Below, in pieces: positions 1 to 9,718 of a stretch of 64,000 nucleotides of DNA. Both the position numbers and the translations under genes were made by a program. The DNA comes from Acidimicrobiia bacterium. Lineage in GTDB: Bacteria; Actinomycetota; Acidimicrobiia; Spongiisociales; JAENVV01. The DNA lies in NCBI GenBank assembly GCA_041577335.1, contig JBFGJH010000009.1:5177-69176 (forward strand). Direction: 5' to 3'. The notes under the pieces are model-generated. The model did no database searches and had not been told where the DNA came from. It saw nothing but the letters and a program-made list of their open reading frames with translations. Each line of letters begins with the position of its first letter. Position 1 is the stretch's first letter.

Positions 1-1
1 G

Positions 2-2536
2 CGTACCTTGGACGAACAAGATGGGTACCGCCCGGCGACCAATGAGCGCTATCTGAAGAGTCCCGCCGAAATGGGCCAGCGCATGGTGCGCTATCCAGGA
101 GCCGTGCAGCGAGCGGCAGAGCTCGGCAAGGCCCTTGCCTTCGATCTGAACCTCGTTGCTCCCGGGCTACCCGATTTTCCGATGCCCGGCCATTTTCAGT
201 CCGAGATGGAGTACCTACGTCACCTCACTTTCGAAGGCGCTCAGAAGGTGTACGGAGACGGAGCCGGCGGAATCGAGCCAACCGCCCGAGCCCGGCTCGA
301 GCACGAATTGGCCATTATCGAGAAGCTCGGGTTTCCCGGCTACTTCCTGATCGTTTGGGACCTCATCGAGTTCGCACGAGCCCAGGACATCTTCTGCCAG
401 ATCAGAGGCTCAGGGGCCGACTCGGCTGTCTGCCGGTGCATAGGGCTCACTCGAGTCGATCCCATTCGGCTCCATCTCCCGTTCGAACGGTTTCTCTCCG
501 AAGAGCGTGGTCGCGCCCCCGATATCGATGTCGATTTCGAAGCAGACCGCCGTGAGGAGGTCATTCAGTATTGCTATCGGAGGTACGGCCGCGAGCGTGC
601 CGCCATGGTTGCCAACGTGATCACATATCGTGCCCGTTCGGTGTTGCGCGATGTCGCCAAGACCTTCGGCTTCACCCAGGCTCAGGTCGACGGCTTGTCG
701 AAATACGTAGACACTCGAAACCCGGCAGCTTTGCGAGACCAGACGCCTCTGCCCGAGGGTTGGACCGCCGACCGCATCTACGACCTGTGTTGGCGCCTCG
801 ACGGCTTCCCCCGACATCTGGGAATTCATTCGGGGGGCATGGTCATCGCCGATCGCCCGCTGTGGAAAGTCGTTCCCATCGAATGGGGCAGGATGAAAGA
901 TCGGTCGGTGCTCCAATGGGACAAAGAAAGCTGTGGAACGATCGGTATCGTCAAGTTCGATTTGCTGGGGCTGGGGATGCTGAACGCTCTCCATCTCACC
1001 ACCGACGCGATTGAAGAGATTCATGGCGTGGAGATCGACCTTGCCATGATTCCACAGGAGCCGGCCATCTACGAGATGATGACCAAGGCCGACACGGTGG
1101 GTTTGTTTCAGATCGAGTCGCGAGCCCAGATGGCGACCCTGCCCAGGCTCAAGCCGAAGACGTTCTACGACCTGGCAGTTGAGGTTGCTCTCATTCGACC
1201 CGGGCCCATCCAAGGCAATTCCGTGCATCCGTATTTACGGCGACGCAACGGCGAAGAGCCTATTCGATATCCTCATCCACTCACTGAGCCCGTGCTCGAG
1301 AAGACACTCGGTGTGCCGATCTTTCAGGAACAGCTGATGGAACTGGCACGTGTCTGTGCCGGATTCAACGGAGCCCAGTCGGATCGCCTCCGCCAGGCAA
1401 TGACCCACAAACGCTCGGAACAGGCAATGGCCCGGCTTCGGGACGAGGTGTATGCCGGGATGAGCTCCCAAGGAGTCACCGGGGCGGCAGCCGACGAGAT
1501 ATGGGAGAAACTGCAAGGCTTCGGCTCGTTTGGCTTCCCCGAGAGCCATTCGGTTTCTTTCGCCTACATCGTCTACATGTCGGCGTGGCTTCGGTATCAC
1601 TATCCCACGGAATTCCTGGCCGGTCTCTTGAACGCCCAACCCATGGGTTTCTATAGCCCGAACTCGCTGGCTCAGGACTCGATACGACATGGCGTCGTCA
1701 TTCTGCAGCCGGACATCAACGTCTCCCAGCACGACTGCACGGTCGAGGCCTATCAGACCGATCCGGAGGACATCGTGACATTCTTGGGTGCATCGTGGCG
1801 CCGGGGGAGAGGACCTGTCGATGATCCCGTTCGGCTCTCCATGGCGATGCGGATGGGGCTGCGATATGTGCGAAATCTCGGACAGGTAGAGATCACCCGC
1901 ATCGAAGCTGCTCGCCAAATCGGCGGTCCCTTCACATCGCCTGAGGATCTGGCCCACCGCACCGGGCTCGGCGTCGGCGCGCTCGAGGCGCTGGCTGCTT
2001 CCGGTGCTCTTGGATCATTGGGTCTTGGTCGACGAGGCGGCCTCTGGGCGGCCGGGTCTCTGGCTGAGATCGGCCCCGATCGTCTGGCGCTTGCTCCTGG
2101 GCTGAACGCACCCGCGTTGCCAGGGATGAACCTCGAAGAACAATCCCGCGCCGAGCGCTGGGCGACGAGTGTTTCCTCACATCATCCGGTGGAATTCATC
2201 CGTGACAGGCTCGAAGCGGCTGGATGCATCACGACAGCCGATGCGATGGCGATGAAACAGAATGGGGTCAAAGCAAGTGTGGGGGGAGTGGTCACGCATC
2301 GCCAGCGCCCAGGAACAGCTCAGGGAGTGATCTTCTTCAACCTCGAAGACGAGACGGGATTGTTGAATGTGGTGGTCCTCCCCGATGTCTGGCAGCGTCA
2401 CCGTGAGGTGGCCCGAAAGAACCCGGGTTTGATCATCTCGGGAGTGATCGAATATCGCGACGGCGTCACCAATCTGGTGGCTCGCCGGTTTACACCTTGG
2501 CCGGTGGCCGAGGTCAAGAGCCGGGATTTCCGATGA
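2..2536 (+). CDS. dnaE2: Error-prone DNA polymerase DnaE2 (5'-truncated by window edge)
   Basis: Pol III alpha motifs (RGSGADS, PDIDVD, RHLGIHSGG, KFDLLGLGML, FGFPESH), OB fold QRPGTA, DnaE2-type C-terminus SRDFR. Confidence 0.93.
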   Translation, partial: RTLDEQDGYRPATNERYLKSPAEMGQRMVRYPGAVQRAAELGKALAFDLNLVAPGLPDFPMPGHFQSEMEYLRHLTFEGAQKVYGDGAGGIEPTARARLEHELAIIEKLGFPGYFLIVWDLIEFARAQDIFCQIRGSGADSAVCRCIGLTRVDPIRLHLPFERFLSEERGRAPDIDVDFEADRREEVIQYCYRRYGRERAAMVANVITYRARSVLRDVAKTFGFTQAQVDGLSKYVDTRNPAALRDQTPLPEGWTADRIYDLCWRLDGFPRHLGIHSGGMVIADRPLWKVVPIEWGRMKDRSVLQWDKESCGTIGIVKFDLLGLGMLNALHLTTDAIEEIHGVEIDLAMIPQEPAIYEMMTKADTVGLFQIESRAQMATLPRLKPKTFYDLAVEVALIRPGPIQGNSVHPYLRRRNGEEPIRYPHPLTEPVLEKTLGVPIFQEQLMELARVCAGFNGAQSDRLRQAMTHKRSEQAMARLRDEVYAGMSSQGVTGAAADEIWEKLQGFGSFGFPESHSVSFAYIVYMSAWLRYHYPTEFLAGLLNAQPMGFYSPNSLAQDSIRHGVVILQPDINVSQHDCTVEAYQTDPEDIVTFLGASWRRGRGPVDDPVRLSMAMRMGLRYVRNLGQVEITRIEAARQIGGPFTSPEDLAHRTGLGVGALEALAASGALGSLGLGRRGGLWAAGSLAEIGPDRLALAPGLNAPALPGMNLEEQSRAERWATSVSSHHPVEFIRDRLEAAGCITTADAMAMKQNGVKASVGGVVTHRQRPGTAQGVIFFNLEDETGLLNVVVLPDVWQRHREVARKNPGLIISGVIEYRDGVTNLVARRFTPWPVAEVKSRDFR

Positions 2537-3754
2537 TCAGAAGTACTGCCCCACCGTGGGCGAGGGAAGCGAGAACGCCTCGTCGAGGAGACTCAACAGC
2601 TCGGGCGGTCCGCTCAACCGGTCGGTCACCGCCAGGCTCGTGGCGTCCCTGACACCGAACCACAGGCGTGAGAACGCGCCGACGCTCGCCTCGAGCTTCG
2701 GAAGACTTTGTGACGAGCCCTTTTCCGCTGTGGATTCGGCGCCCACCTCCACCACGTAGTCGCCACCTACACCGGTCCACGGCCCGTCGACGAGGCTGGC
2801 CAGCGGATCTCGGAGCGTGAGCTGGAATGCCACCGGTGCACCGTGCCAATGTCTGGCCGCGACCGCAGCCTCCACGTCCAGAATCCTGATTTGCCACCAC
2901 GCAAAGGCGTTGTTGGTGGTCTCATGCTTCGACTTCCGAGTCCGCGTGCGCTGGCGGTGAGGCCTGTCGAGAAGGTCTTGCAGCTGAATGCCAGGTGGCT
3001 CCACCATGGTCACCGAGACGACCTGGTCTCCGAGCTCTCGGATGAGCCGGAGCAACTCGAGCAGTTGGCGGTGATTCTGATAGCCGAGGAAGTCGACGCG
3101 GTAGGGGCCATTCTCGCCAGACGCCTCCCCGACAATGCAATGAGACACGGTATCGCCGTCGCGGTAGCCGAGCGCGAACGGGTTCTCGATGAATGCAATC
3201 TCGCCCCTCATGATCTGCGGCGGGTCGAGCGCCACGCCGCCATGGAGGCGCATTCGACCACTGATGCAGCCATGAATGGCCTCCCAGTCACTCTTGCCGA
3301 GCCGTGCCGGAGAGCGGTACGGCTCCTCGACCAATAGCGAGTGAGGATCGAAGGTCCACACGTGGTCGTAGGTACCGGTTCCAAACCCGAGCCGGTCGTA
3401 GAAGCCCTGATCGAACATCCCGAGCATGGCGACCTGAGATCCCTGCGTCTTTGCGCCGGCCAAGGCTTCTGCAGTCATCTTGGTTGCCAGGCCCTGGCGC
3501 CGGGCGACGCGGCTCGTGGTCACGGCGGTGACGGCAGCGAGGGAAAGGTCTGCTTGCTCGTAGCGAACCCGACCAGGCGTCCAGTGGACGAAACTCTCGG
3601 CTTCGCCGTTGATGATTCCCACCGAGCCGGTGCCCGTGCTCACGAAGTGCTTGATAGCCTTGCGAGCGCCCTCGGTGGGCAGCCAGCCGACCTCTTCCCA
3701 TGTGCGGCGAACGGCCTTGAAGTCGCGTTCGTGATCGTAGGGGCGAATGTCCAT
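2537..3754 (-). CDS. Eis-like GNAT N-acetyltransferase with C-terminal SCP2-like domain
   Basis: GNAT motif VTTSRVARRQGLA and FYDRLGF; about 405 aa Eis architecture; ATG directly after the stop of the upstream DinB gene. Confidence 0.75.
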   Translation of the reverse strand: MDIRPYDHERDFKAVRRTWEEVGWLPTEGARKAIKHFVSTGTGSVGIINGEAESFVHWTPGRVRYEQADLSLAAVTAVTTSRVARRQGLATKMTAEALAGAKTQGSQVAMLGMFDQGFYDRLGFGTGTYDHVWTFDPHSLLVEEPYRSPARLGKSDWEAIHGCISGRMRLHGGVALDPPQIMRGEIAFIENPFALGYRDGDTVSHCIVGEASGENGPYRVDFLGYQNHRQLLELLRLIRELGDQVVSVTMVEPPGIQLQDLLDRPHRQRTRTRKSKHETTNNAFAWWQIRILDVEAAVAARHWHGAPVAFQLTLRDPLASLVDGPWTGVGGDYVVEVGAESTAEKGSSQSLPKLEASVGAFSRLWFGVRDATSLAVTDRLSGPPELLSLLDEAFSLPSPTVGQYF

Positions 3755-3755
3755 A

Positions 3756-4265
3756 TCAGGCACCGGTTGCACCGTCGATGCTCTCTCGGATGAGGTCGGC
3801 GTGCCCGGCGTGTCGGGCCGTTTCCTCGATCATGTGCAGGAAGATCCAGCGCAGATCCCAGTGATCACCCGATCTGCTTGGCCGAACCGACAAAGTGTCC
3901 AGATCGACGCCGTCGCACGTCGCCCTGCTGCGTTGACAGGCCGCCTCGTACATGTCGATCAGCTCGGGGGGTTCATGATCCGGAGCGGTTGTGAACTCCC
4001 AGTCGCGGTCGTCGTCCCAGGGGGCGTCCGCCCACGGCTGCCGTTGGTCGTTGCCTCTGAACTGGTAGTCGAACCAATGGTCTTCGACCAGAGTGAGGTG
4101 CTTGAGGATCCCTGCCAGCGTCAAAGTGGATGGCTCGAGCCGCTGGTTCATCTGACCATGATCGAGAGCGTTGGCCTTCATCACGATTGACGCGCGCTGA
4201 TAATCGAGAAACGCCGCAAGGGCGGAGCTCTCGTCACCAACGGGTGCCGGGCGCTCACGTTCCAT
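3756..4265 (-). CDS. DinB-family (DUF664-like) protein
   Basis: LKHLTLVE and HMIEETARHAGHADLIRE metal-binding His motifs. Confidence 0.85.
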   Translation of the reverse strand: MERERPAPVGDESSALAAFLDYQRASIVMKANALDHGQMNQRLEPSTLTLAGILKHLTLVEDHWFDYQFRGNDQRQPWADAPWDDDRDWEFTTAPDHEPPELIDMYEAACQRSRATCDGVDLDTLSVRPSRSGDHWDLRWIFLHMIEETARHAGHADLIRESIDGATGA

Positions 4266-4731
4266 GGAGTTCCTTTACGTCCATGACCTCTGCGGCGGTG
4301 ATCTCTCCGAGGCGGGCAGGTGCGATGGGAAAGCACGTGTCGGGTGTTCCGGCTGCGGCCCAAACAACGTCATAGTCGAGCAGGTCTCGATCGAGCACAG
4401 TTCGGAGCGGCTGGGCGTGGCCACAGGGCGGGGTCCCGCCGATGGCAAAGCCCGTGGCGGCGCGTACCTGTTCGGCGGTGGCCTTCCGGAGTGAGGCAAC
4501 CTCCAAGCTCCCGGCAACTTCGTCCTCGTCGACGCGGTTGGCGCCAGACGTGAGAATCAGAAGAGGATCGTCTTCGATCATGAACACCAGAGACTTCACG
4601 ATCTGGCCAACCTCGACGCCTACCGCAGCAGCCGCGTCGGCGGCAGTTCGGGTTCCGTCGGGAAACACCCGGACATCGGGATCGATCCCCTGGGCGCGTA
4701 TCGCCTCGACAAACCGAGCTGAGCCAGCCAT
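4255..4731 (-). CDS. YbaK/EbsC family aminoacyl-tRNA deacylase-like protein
   Basis: TRTAADAA, QIVKSLVF, TGFAIGGTPP, WAAAG motifs; start trimmed to ATG 4731 (TAGCCT 8 nt upstream). Confidence 0.88.
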   Translation of the reverse strand: MAGSARFVEAIRAQGIDPDVRVFPDGTRTAADAAAAVGVEVGQIVKSLVFMIEDDPLLILTSGANRVDEDEVAGSLEVASLRKATAEQVRAATGFAIGGTPPCGHAQPLRTVLDRDLLDYDVVWAAAGTPDTCFPIAPARLGEITAAEVMDVKELHGT

Positions 4732-4809
4732 CGAGAGGGAGGCTACTGCACTGATACTGGCGAGTCGGCGGGATTTCGATACTCGACATCGGGGGTGGCG
4801 CCAGCCAGC

Positions 4810-5490
4810 ATGCTCCACATGACCGGCGTCGGGACCCTCAACGAGAAATCGCTCCATGCCCAGCTGAAGGTGTGGTACTCCCAAGAGGGCGACCGATTCG
4901 AGGTCCCGGTCGGGAGACACGTGGTCGACATCGTGCGCGGCGAGCTTCTGATCGAGATACAGACACGCAACGTCTCGGCGATGCGGAACAAGCTGGCCAC
5001 CTTGGTCGAAGAACATCCGGTGCGCCTGGTTTTTCCGATCCCCGCGTCGAAGACGATCGTGAAGCTCGGTCCCGGCGGTGAGATCGTCAGCCGTCGGAGA
5101 TCACCAAAACGGGGCTCGGTGTTCGATATCTTCGCCGAGCTCGTGAGCATCCCCACGCTCATCGACGAACCGTTTTTTGATCTCCGCGTGCTGTTGATCG
5201 ATGAGGTCGAGCTACGGGAGCATTCGCCAGACGGCAACTGGCGTCGCAAAGGTTGGAGAACAGTCGAGCGGCGCCTCGCATCGGTGCGCGAGGAGATTCT
5301 GCTGTCCTCGACGGCGCAATTGCTCGGGCTGCTGCCTCCGCTCCCACAGGAGTGGACGACGGCCGACATCGCCGAGAATGCCGGAGTCAACCGCCGTGTG
5401 GCTCAGCAGGTTGCGTATACCCTGAAGCACGCCGCAGCGGCCGTGGCCGTTGCCAAGCGCGGCAACACCCTGGTGTACACATTCGTCTGA
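4810..5490 (+). CDS. Hypothetical protein, PD-(D/E)XK nuclease-like N-terminus with possible C-terminal HTH
   Basis: E..LH..LK / VVDIV / LIEIQT pattern; C-terminal WTTADIAENAGVNRRVAQ. Confidence 0.55.
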   Translation: MLHMTGVGTLNEKSLHAQLKVWYSQEGDRFEVPVGRHVVDIVRGELLIEIQTRNVSAMRNKLATLVEEHPVRLVFPIPASKTIVKLGPGGEIVSRRRSPKRGSVFDIFAELVSIPTLIDEPFFDLRVLLIDEVELREHSPDGNWRRKGWRTVERRLASVREEILLSSTAQLLGLLPPLPQEWTTADIAENAGVNRRVAQQVAYTLKHAAAAVAVAKRGNTLVYTFV

Positions 5491-5527
5491 ATACCGTGCC
5501 GACTCGGCAGCTAGCCTGAAGCGCTGC

Positions 5528-6556
5528 ATGCCAGCCCATAATTTCGCGCGGCCGCTCGGCACCTTCGTTGAGATCGAAATCCGATCCGCCGCTTTGGCCG
5601 AGAACCTCCTCGGCGACCCGGCCACCCGGTCGGTTGCCGTGTACCTTCCAGAGGAGTACGAGCGTTCCGGCAATGACTATCCACTGCTGGTGGACCTCGT
5701 CGGGTTCACCGGGAGCGGGTTGAGTCACCTCGCCTGGAAAGCATTCGGCGAGTCGGTGCCGCAACGGCTCGACCGGCTGGTCGCCGCCAACAGGATGGGG
5801 CCGGTGATTGCCGCCTTCCCTGACTGCTTCACATCGCTCGGCGGCAATCAGTACATCGACTCGGCGGCCATGGGGAACTGGGAGCGCTTTCTGATCGATG
5901 AGATGATTCCCAGGCTCGAGTCCGAGTTCCGCGTGCGTCCCGGCCGGCAACACCGGGCGGTATTCGGGAAGTCGAGCGGTGGTTATGGCGCCATCGTTCA
6001 CGGTCTCCGCAGAGCGGATGCCTGGGGAGCAGTAGCGTGTCATTCGGGCGACATGTCGTTTGACCTCTGCTACGCCCCTGAATTTCCTGCCGCGCTCGAT
6101 TTGCTGGCCGAGCACGACGGGCTGGCCGGGTTCCTGGAACATGTGGAATCCGCGCCCAAACTCTCCGACGACGAGATGCACGGGCTGATGATCCTCGCGA
6201 TGGCGGCGACCTATGATCCCGACCCTGGCGCCCCCAAGGGCATCCGGCTTCCCGTTGACCCGGAAACCTGCCGGCTGGATCCGGAGCGATGGGAACGCTG
6301 GCTGGCGCACGATCCCTTGACGCTGATCGAGGACCCCGGCTGCCTCGAGAACCTGCGGTCCCTGTCCGGGCTCTACATCGATTGCGGATCGAAAGACCAA
6401 TATCACCTCGTGTACGGTGCACGGGCGTTCGTGGAGGCCCTCGTCGAGAATGGCATCGATCATCGCTACGAGGAGTTCGACGACAATCATTCGAACATCG
6501 ACTACCGGATGGACGAGTCACTTCCCTACCTCTATGAGGCAATCTCCCGGGCTTGA
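5528..6556 (+). CDS. Alpha/beta-hydrolase esterase (Fes/enterochelin-esterase-like)
   Basis: VYLPEEY, GKSSGG nucleophile elbow, DCGSKD, C-terminal His (DNH). Confidence 0.8.
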   Translation: MPAHNFARPLGTFVEIEIRSAALAENLLGDPATRSVAVYLPEEYERSGNDYPLLVDLVGFTGSGLSHLAWKAFGESVPQRLDRLVAANRMGPVIAAFPDCFTSLGGNQYIDSAAMGNWERFLIDEMIPRLESEFRVRPGRQHRAVFGKSSGGYGAIVHGLRRADAWGAVACHSGDMSFDLCYAPEFPAALDLLAEHDGLAGFLEHVESAPKLSDDEMHGLMILAMAATYDPDPGAPKGIRLPVDPETCRLDPERWERWLAHDPLTLIEDPGCLENLRSLSGLYIDCGSKDQYHLVYGARAFVEALVENGIDHRYEEFDDNHSNIDYRMDESLPYLYEAISRA

Positions 6557-6572
6557 TCGCGCCCCTGGAGAG

Positions 6573-7760
6573 TCACAGATTGGCCAGGAGGTATTCCTTC
6601 GTCTTGCGCCATGCGTCACTGTGGGGATCGATGAGCTCCATGTGGCCGGTATCTTCGAGCCGAATGAACTCCACTTCGTCTCCGAGGATTCTGGCGGCCT
6701 CCACGTAGCCGTCACTCATCGCAATGGGGACTGCATCGTCCTCGGATCCGTGAACGATGAGCTGTGGCGTCGACAGCGGAAGCATGTCGATGGGCGAGGA
6801 GTTTCGGTACAGGTTCGTGTGCTCGTGTGCTGAAGCGAGAAAGGCATCGGCCGCGCCGTCGCCGAGGTTGTGCGCCTGAGCGAACGCCAGGTCGGAGACC
6901 GGGGCGAGCCCGATGGCGAGAGCCGGGCTCACGAGTGGGTCGGCCCCCGGTCCGTCCGTCAACTGGCGGCGTCCGGCTACCCACAGCGCGAGAAGGCCGC
7001 CGGCCGAATGCCCCACCACTGCGACTCGAGAGACGTCGATGTCGGCGTGGTCGAAATCGGCGATTTGATCGATGGCCGTCGCGACATCGAGGGCAGTGTT
7101 CGGCCATCCGCCCGCCGAACCCATCCTCCGGTACTCCACGTTGAGCGAGGCAAGGCCATGGGAACGAAGATCGACGGCGAGGCCGTCCATCAGATCACGA
7201 GTCCACTGGTTCTTCCAGAAGCCGCCGTGGATCAGCACGACCAGCCGATGAGGACCAGGCGTTTCGGGAACTCGCAGATCGGCCACCTGTTGGGGGTCCG
7301 GTCCATAACGCACGAACTCGAGCGGGCCGGCCAATCGAGCGGCAAGATGCTGGAGGGCCCATCGGTAGCCTTCGGTGCCGCGTCCATAGACCGTGTGAAC
7401 ACATGCGGCCTCGACCACCGAGACGGCTCGCCATGGCTCTCGTTCTTTGACATTGGAGATATGGACCTCGACCGTCGGGATCCCAACCGCCACGAGGGCG
7501 TCGTGAATCGCATAGGAATAGTGGGTCAGTGCTCCCGAATTGAGAACGATGCCGTCCATCGTGCCGCGCGCCTCGTGGATGCGATCGATGATCTCGCCCT
7601 CATGATTCGACTGGAACGTATCGACTTCTGCGCCGAGGCTGAAACCCCACTGGGCACACATCTGGTCGAGCTCGTGCAAGGTCGTCGAACCGTAGATCTC
7701 TGGTTCTCTTCGCCCCAACAGGTTGAGATTTGGACCATTCAGGACCAAAAAACGCGGCAA
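6573..7760 (-). CDS. aroQ: Type II 3-dehydroquinate dehydratase fused to C-terminal alpha/beta hydrolase
   Basis: N-term LNGPNLNLLGRREPEIYG, QSNHEG, EVHISN; C-term HGGFW, GHSAGG, HGSEDDAVP, GHMEL; TTG start after AAGGAGGGG. Confidence 0.85.
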   Translation of the reverse strand: MPRFLVLNGPNLNLLGRREPEIYGSTTLHELDQMCAQWGFSLGAEVDTFQSNHEGEIIDRIHEARGTMDGIVLNSGALTHYSYAIHDALVAVGIPTVEVHISNVKEREPWRAVSVVEAACVHTVYGRGTEGYRWALQHLAARLAGPLEFVRYGPDPQQVADLRVPETPGPHRLVVLIHGGFWKNQWTRDLMDGLAVDLRSHGLASLNVEYRRMGSAGGWPNTALDVATAIDQIADFDHADIDVSRVAVVGHSAGGLLALWVAGRRQLTDGPGADPLVSPALAIGLAPVSDLAFAQAHNLGDGAADAFLASAHEHTNLYRNSSPIDMLPLSTPQLIVHGSEDDAVPIAMSDGYVEAARILGDEVEFIRLEDTGHMELIDPHSDAWRKTKEYLLANL

Positions 7761-7837
7761 TGTCCCCTCCTTACGCCAGGCTAAAGGCAAATCCGCTCAG
7801 GAGCGAAGACCTCAGTCGCTTATTCAGCCAAATCCGA

Positions 7838-8023
7838 TCATGTTGGTCGGCTTGATTCTTCCCACGGTTTTCGCCCCGGACGGCATATCGACCCACCGAA
7901 CTCCCGAGTCGGCTCTTCTCCCACACACCGAGGACAGGTCTCGTGGGCCGAATACAAGAGGTCGGCGAAGGCGAAGGGCATCGGGTCGTCGTCGACGAAC
8001 ACTCGTACTTCGTGCTCGGCCAT
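7838..8023 (-). CDS. Possible small hypothetical protein (CPRC motif)
   Basis: 61-aa ORF filling the gap between two minus-strand genes; no recognisable family. Confidence 0.3.
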   Translation of the reverse strand: MAEHEVRVFVDDDPMPFAFADLLYSAHETCPRCVGEEPTREFGGSICRPGRKPWEESSRPT

Positions 8024-8035
8024 CCGCGGTGTCCA

Positions 8036-8788
8036 TCAACCCACTCCGGGCTGATGGTCCGACATTCGCTCCACAGCGGCCGCCTCGGTGCCGGTATCAA
8101 CCTGGCCGCGGGTCAAATGAAACATCTGCTCGAACTGTCCCAAGACGGAGTCGATGACATCGCTGACCGCGATATTGCCGGAGACGTCTTCGATGGCCCC
8201 GGTCGTATCCGGATCCCAGGCCAGCTGGAGCGCTTCATAGACCGGCAGCAGAACCGATCGTACGGCGTTGCTGTCTTTGACCACCATGACACCCCCGACA
8301 TGTGCCGCGCCTCTGATGAGCCGTTGGCCGATGCCGACGAGTTTGCGGCCTCCGGCGTGCACGCTATATCGACCCGGGCAATACTCGCCCGGGAGCTCTC
8401 CGATCTCGGCCCGGATGCCGAGTGTCACGAGGGCGTCGCGCATGAGCTTCGCCATGATCTCGAAACGCTCCGTGATCCCCAACCGAGGATCGGGAATCGA
8501 CGATGCCATCGCAAACGCGATGGTGCCTTCGTGGAATACCGCGGCGCGCCCGCCTGCCAGGCGCTCAACCGCCGAGAAGCCCTGTGCGAGCGACGCTTCG
8601 ACAGCCGCCGGATATCCGGGCGCAACGACGTCGCGCCTGCCAAAGGCCACCACCCGGGGTGGTATGTGGATCCGCAGCGTGTCCGGTCTCAGCCCGTCGG
8701 CCACCTCTTGGAGGATCTGGCGCGATACAGCCGTGTCGAAAGCCGGCCCGGGCGAGTCGTAGCGTTGCCGAATCACCTCCAATTGCAT
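8036..8788 (-). CDS. Lipoate-protein ligase family protein, LipL-like amidotransferase
   Basis: RLAGGRAA, GEYCPGRYSV, KLVGIGQR; lacks LplA C-terminal domain. Confidence 0.75.
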   Translation of the reverse strand: MQLEVIRQRYDSPGPAFDTAVSRQILQEVADGLRPDTLRIHIPPRVVAFGRRDVVAPGYPAAVEASLAQGFSAVERLAGGRAAVFHEGTIAFAMASSIPDPRLGITERFEIMAKLMRDALVTLGIRAEIGELPGEYCPGRYSVHAGGRKLVGIGQRLIRGAAHVGGVMVVKDSNAVRSVLLPVYEALQLAWDPDTTGAIEDVSGNIAVSDVIDSVLGQFEQMFHLTRGQVDTGTEAAAVERMSDHQPGVG

Positions 8789-8904
8789 CGGCTCAGACTA
8801 GGAGAGGCGAGGGCGGGTGAGGAAAGGCGCGCCCTCTGGCGTGAGTATGAGCGGACCCGCCTGGGGAACTTTGTCGTCTTCGGTTACGTCGGTAGGTTAT
8901 GCGC

Positions 8905-9684
8905 ATGGTTGAACGGCGTTGTGGTGTCAGTCGCGCGCTCATTGTTGCTGCGGTCCTATTGCTCATGCTTTCGGCATGCGGCGAGGACGCGCTCAGCGAT
9001 CTCACCGTTGTCGAAGAATGGATCGATGACGGTCGAACGCCGGTCGAGGATCGCCGCGGACCCCAACCGATCGCGGTGGACCCCAACGTCCCCCGATCCA
9101 TCGAAACGGTTCTCTGGCACAACGGATGGGAGCCGGTCGTGGCGTCCGATCCGGCGCAGGTGATCATCGATGTCTGGGAGACCTCAAACCTCGAAGACTC
9201 GTTCGTGCAGGCGTCGCCGAACGAGATTGCAGCTGCGTTGCCGGGCGTGAAGATACCCGGGACGCTTCCCGCGGCTGCTCAAGAGATCACCTCTCAGCTC
9301 GTGTATGCCGGCACGACCGGTTTTCTCGATCAAGGAGTTGTTGCCGCGTTCGGGTTTTGGAACACCGAGGCATACTCGGTCAATCGTGCAACCGGCCAGC
9401 TGGGCGTGTTATCGGTGGCGTTCGAGCAGGAGCTGCCCCTTGATCCCCTTGATGGTTCCGAGGGATGTGATCGATTCGGCACCGTCTCCGTATGCGAGCC
9501 GACGACGGTGGGGCTCCACGCTGCGTGGTGGGTCACCGACATCGATGGTGAAACACTTGTCTGGCTGGATACCGACTACCGGTATGAGCTTCTGAGGCGT
9601 CCCCGACTTGCCCGAAATGAGGCCGAGATGATGGCGAACAGCATGGTCTTGATCTCGGCTTTGCGCCCTCCAGTCGAAGGATGA
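8905..9684 (+). CDS. Hypothetical lipoprotein
   Basis: Hydrophobic signal ending in lipobox LSAC; TAGGTT 6 nt before ATG 8905. Confidence 0.65.
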   Translation: MVERRCGVSRALIVAAVLLLMLSACGEDALSDLTVVEEWIDDGRTPVEDRRGPQPIAVDPNVPRSIETVLWHNGWEPVVASDPAQVIIDVWETSNLEDSFVQASPNEIAAALPGVKIPGTLPAAAQEITSQLVYAGTTGFLDQGVVAAFGFWNTEAYSVNRATGQLGVLSVAFEQELPLDPLDGSEGCDRFGTVSVCEPTTVGLHAAWWVTDIDGETLVWLDTDYRYELLRRPRLARNEAEMMANSMVLISALRPPVEG

Positions 9685-9718
9685 TGGGTAGGGGGCCAAT
9701 CGACGATATCCTCACCTG

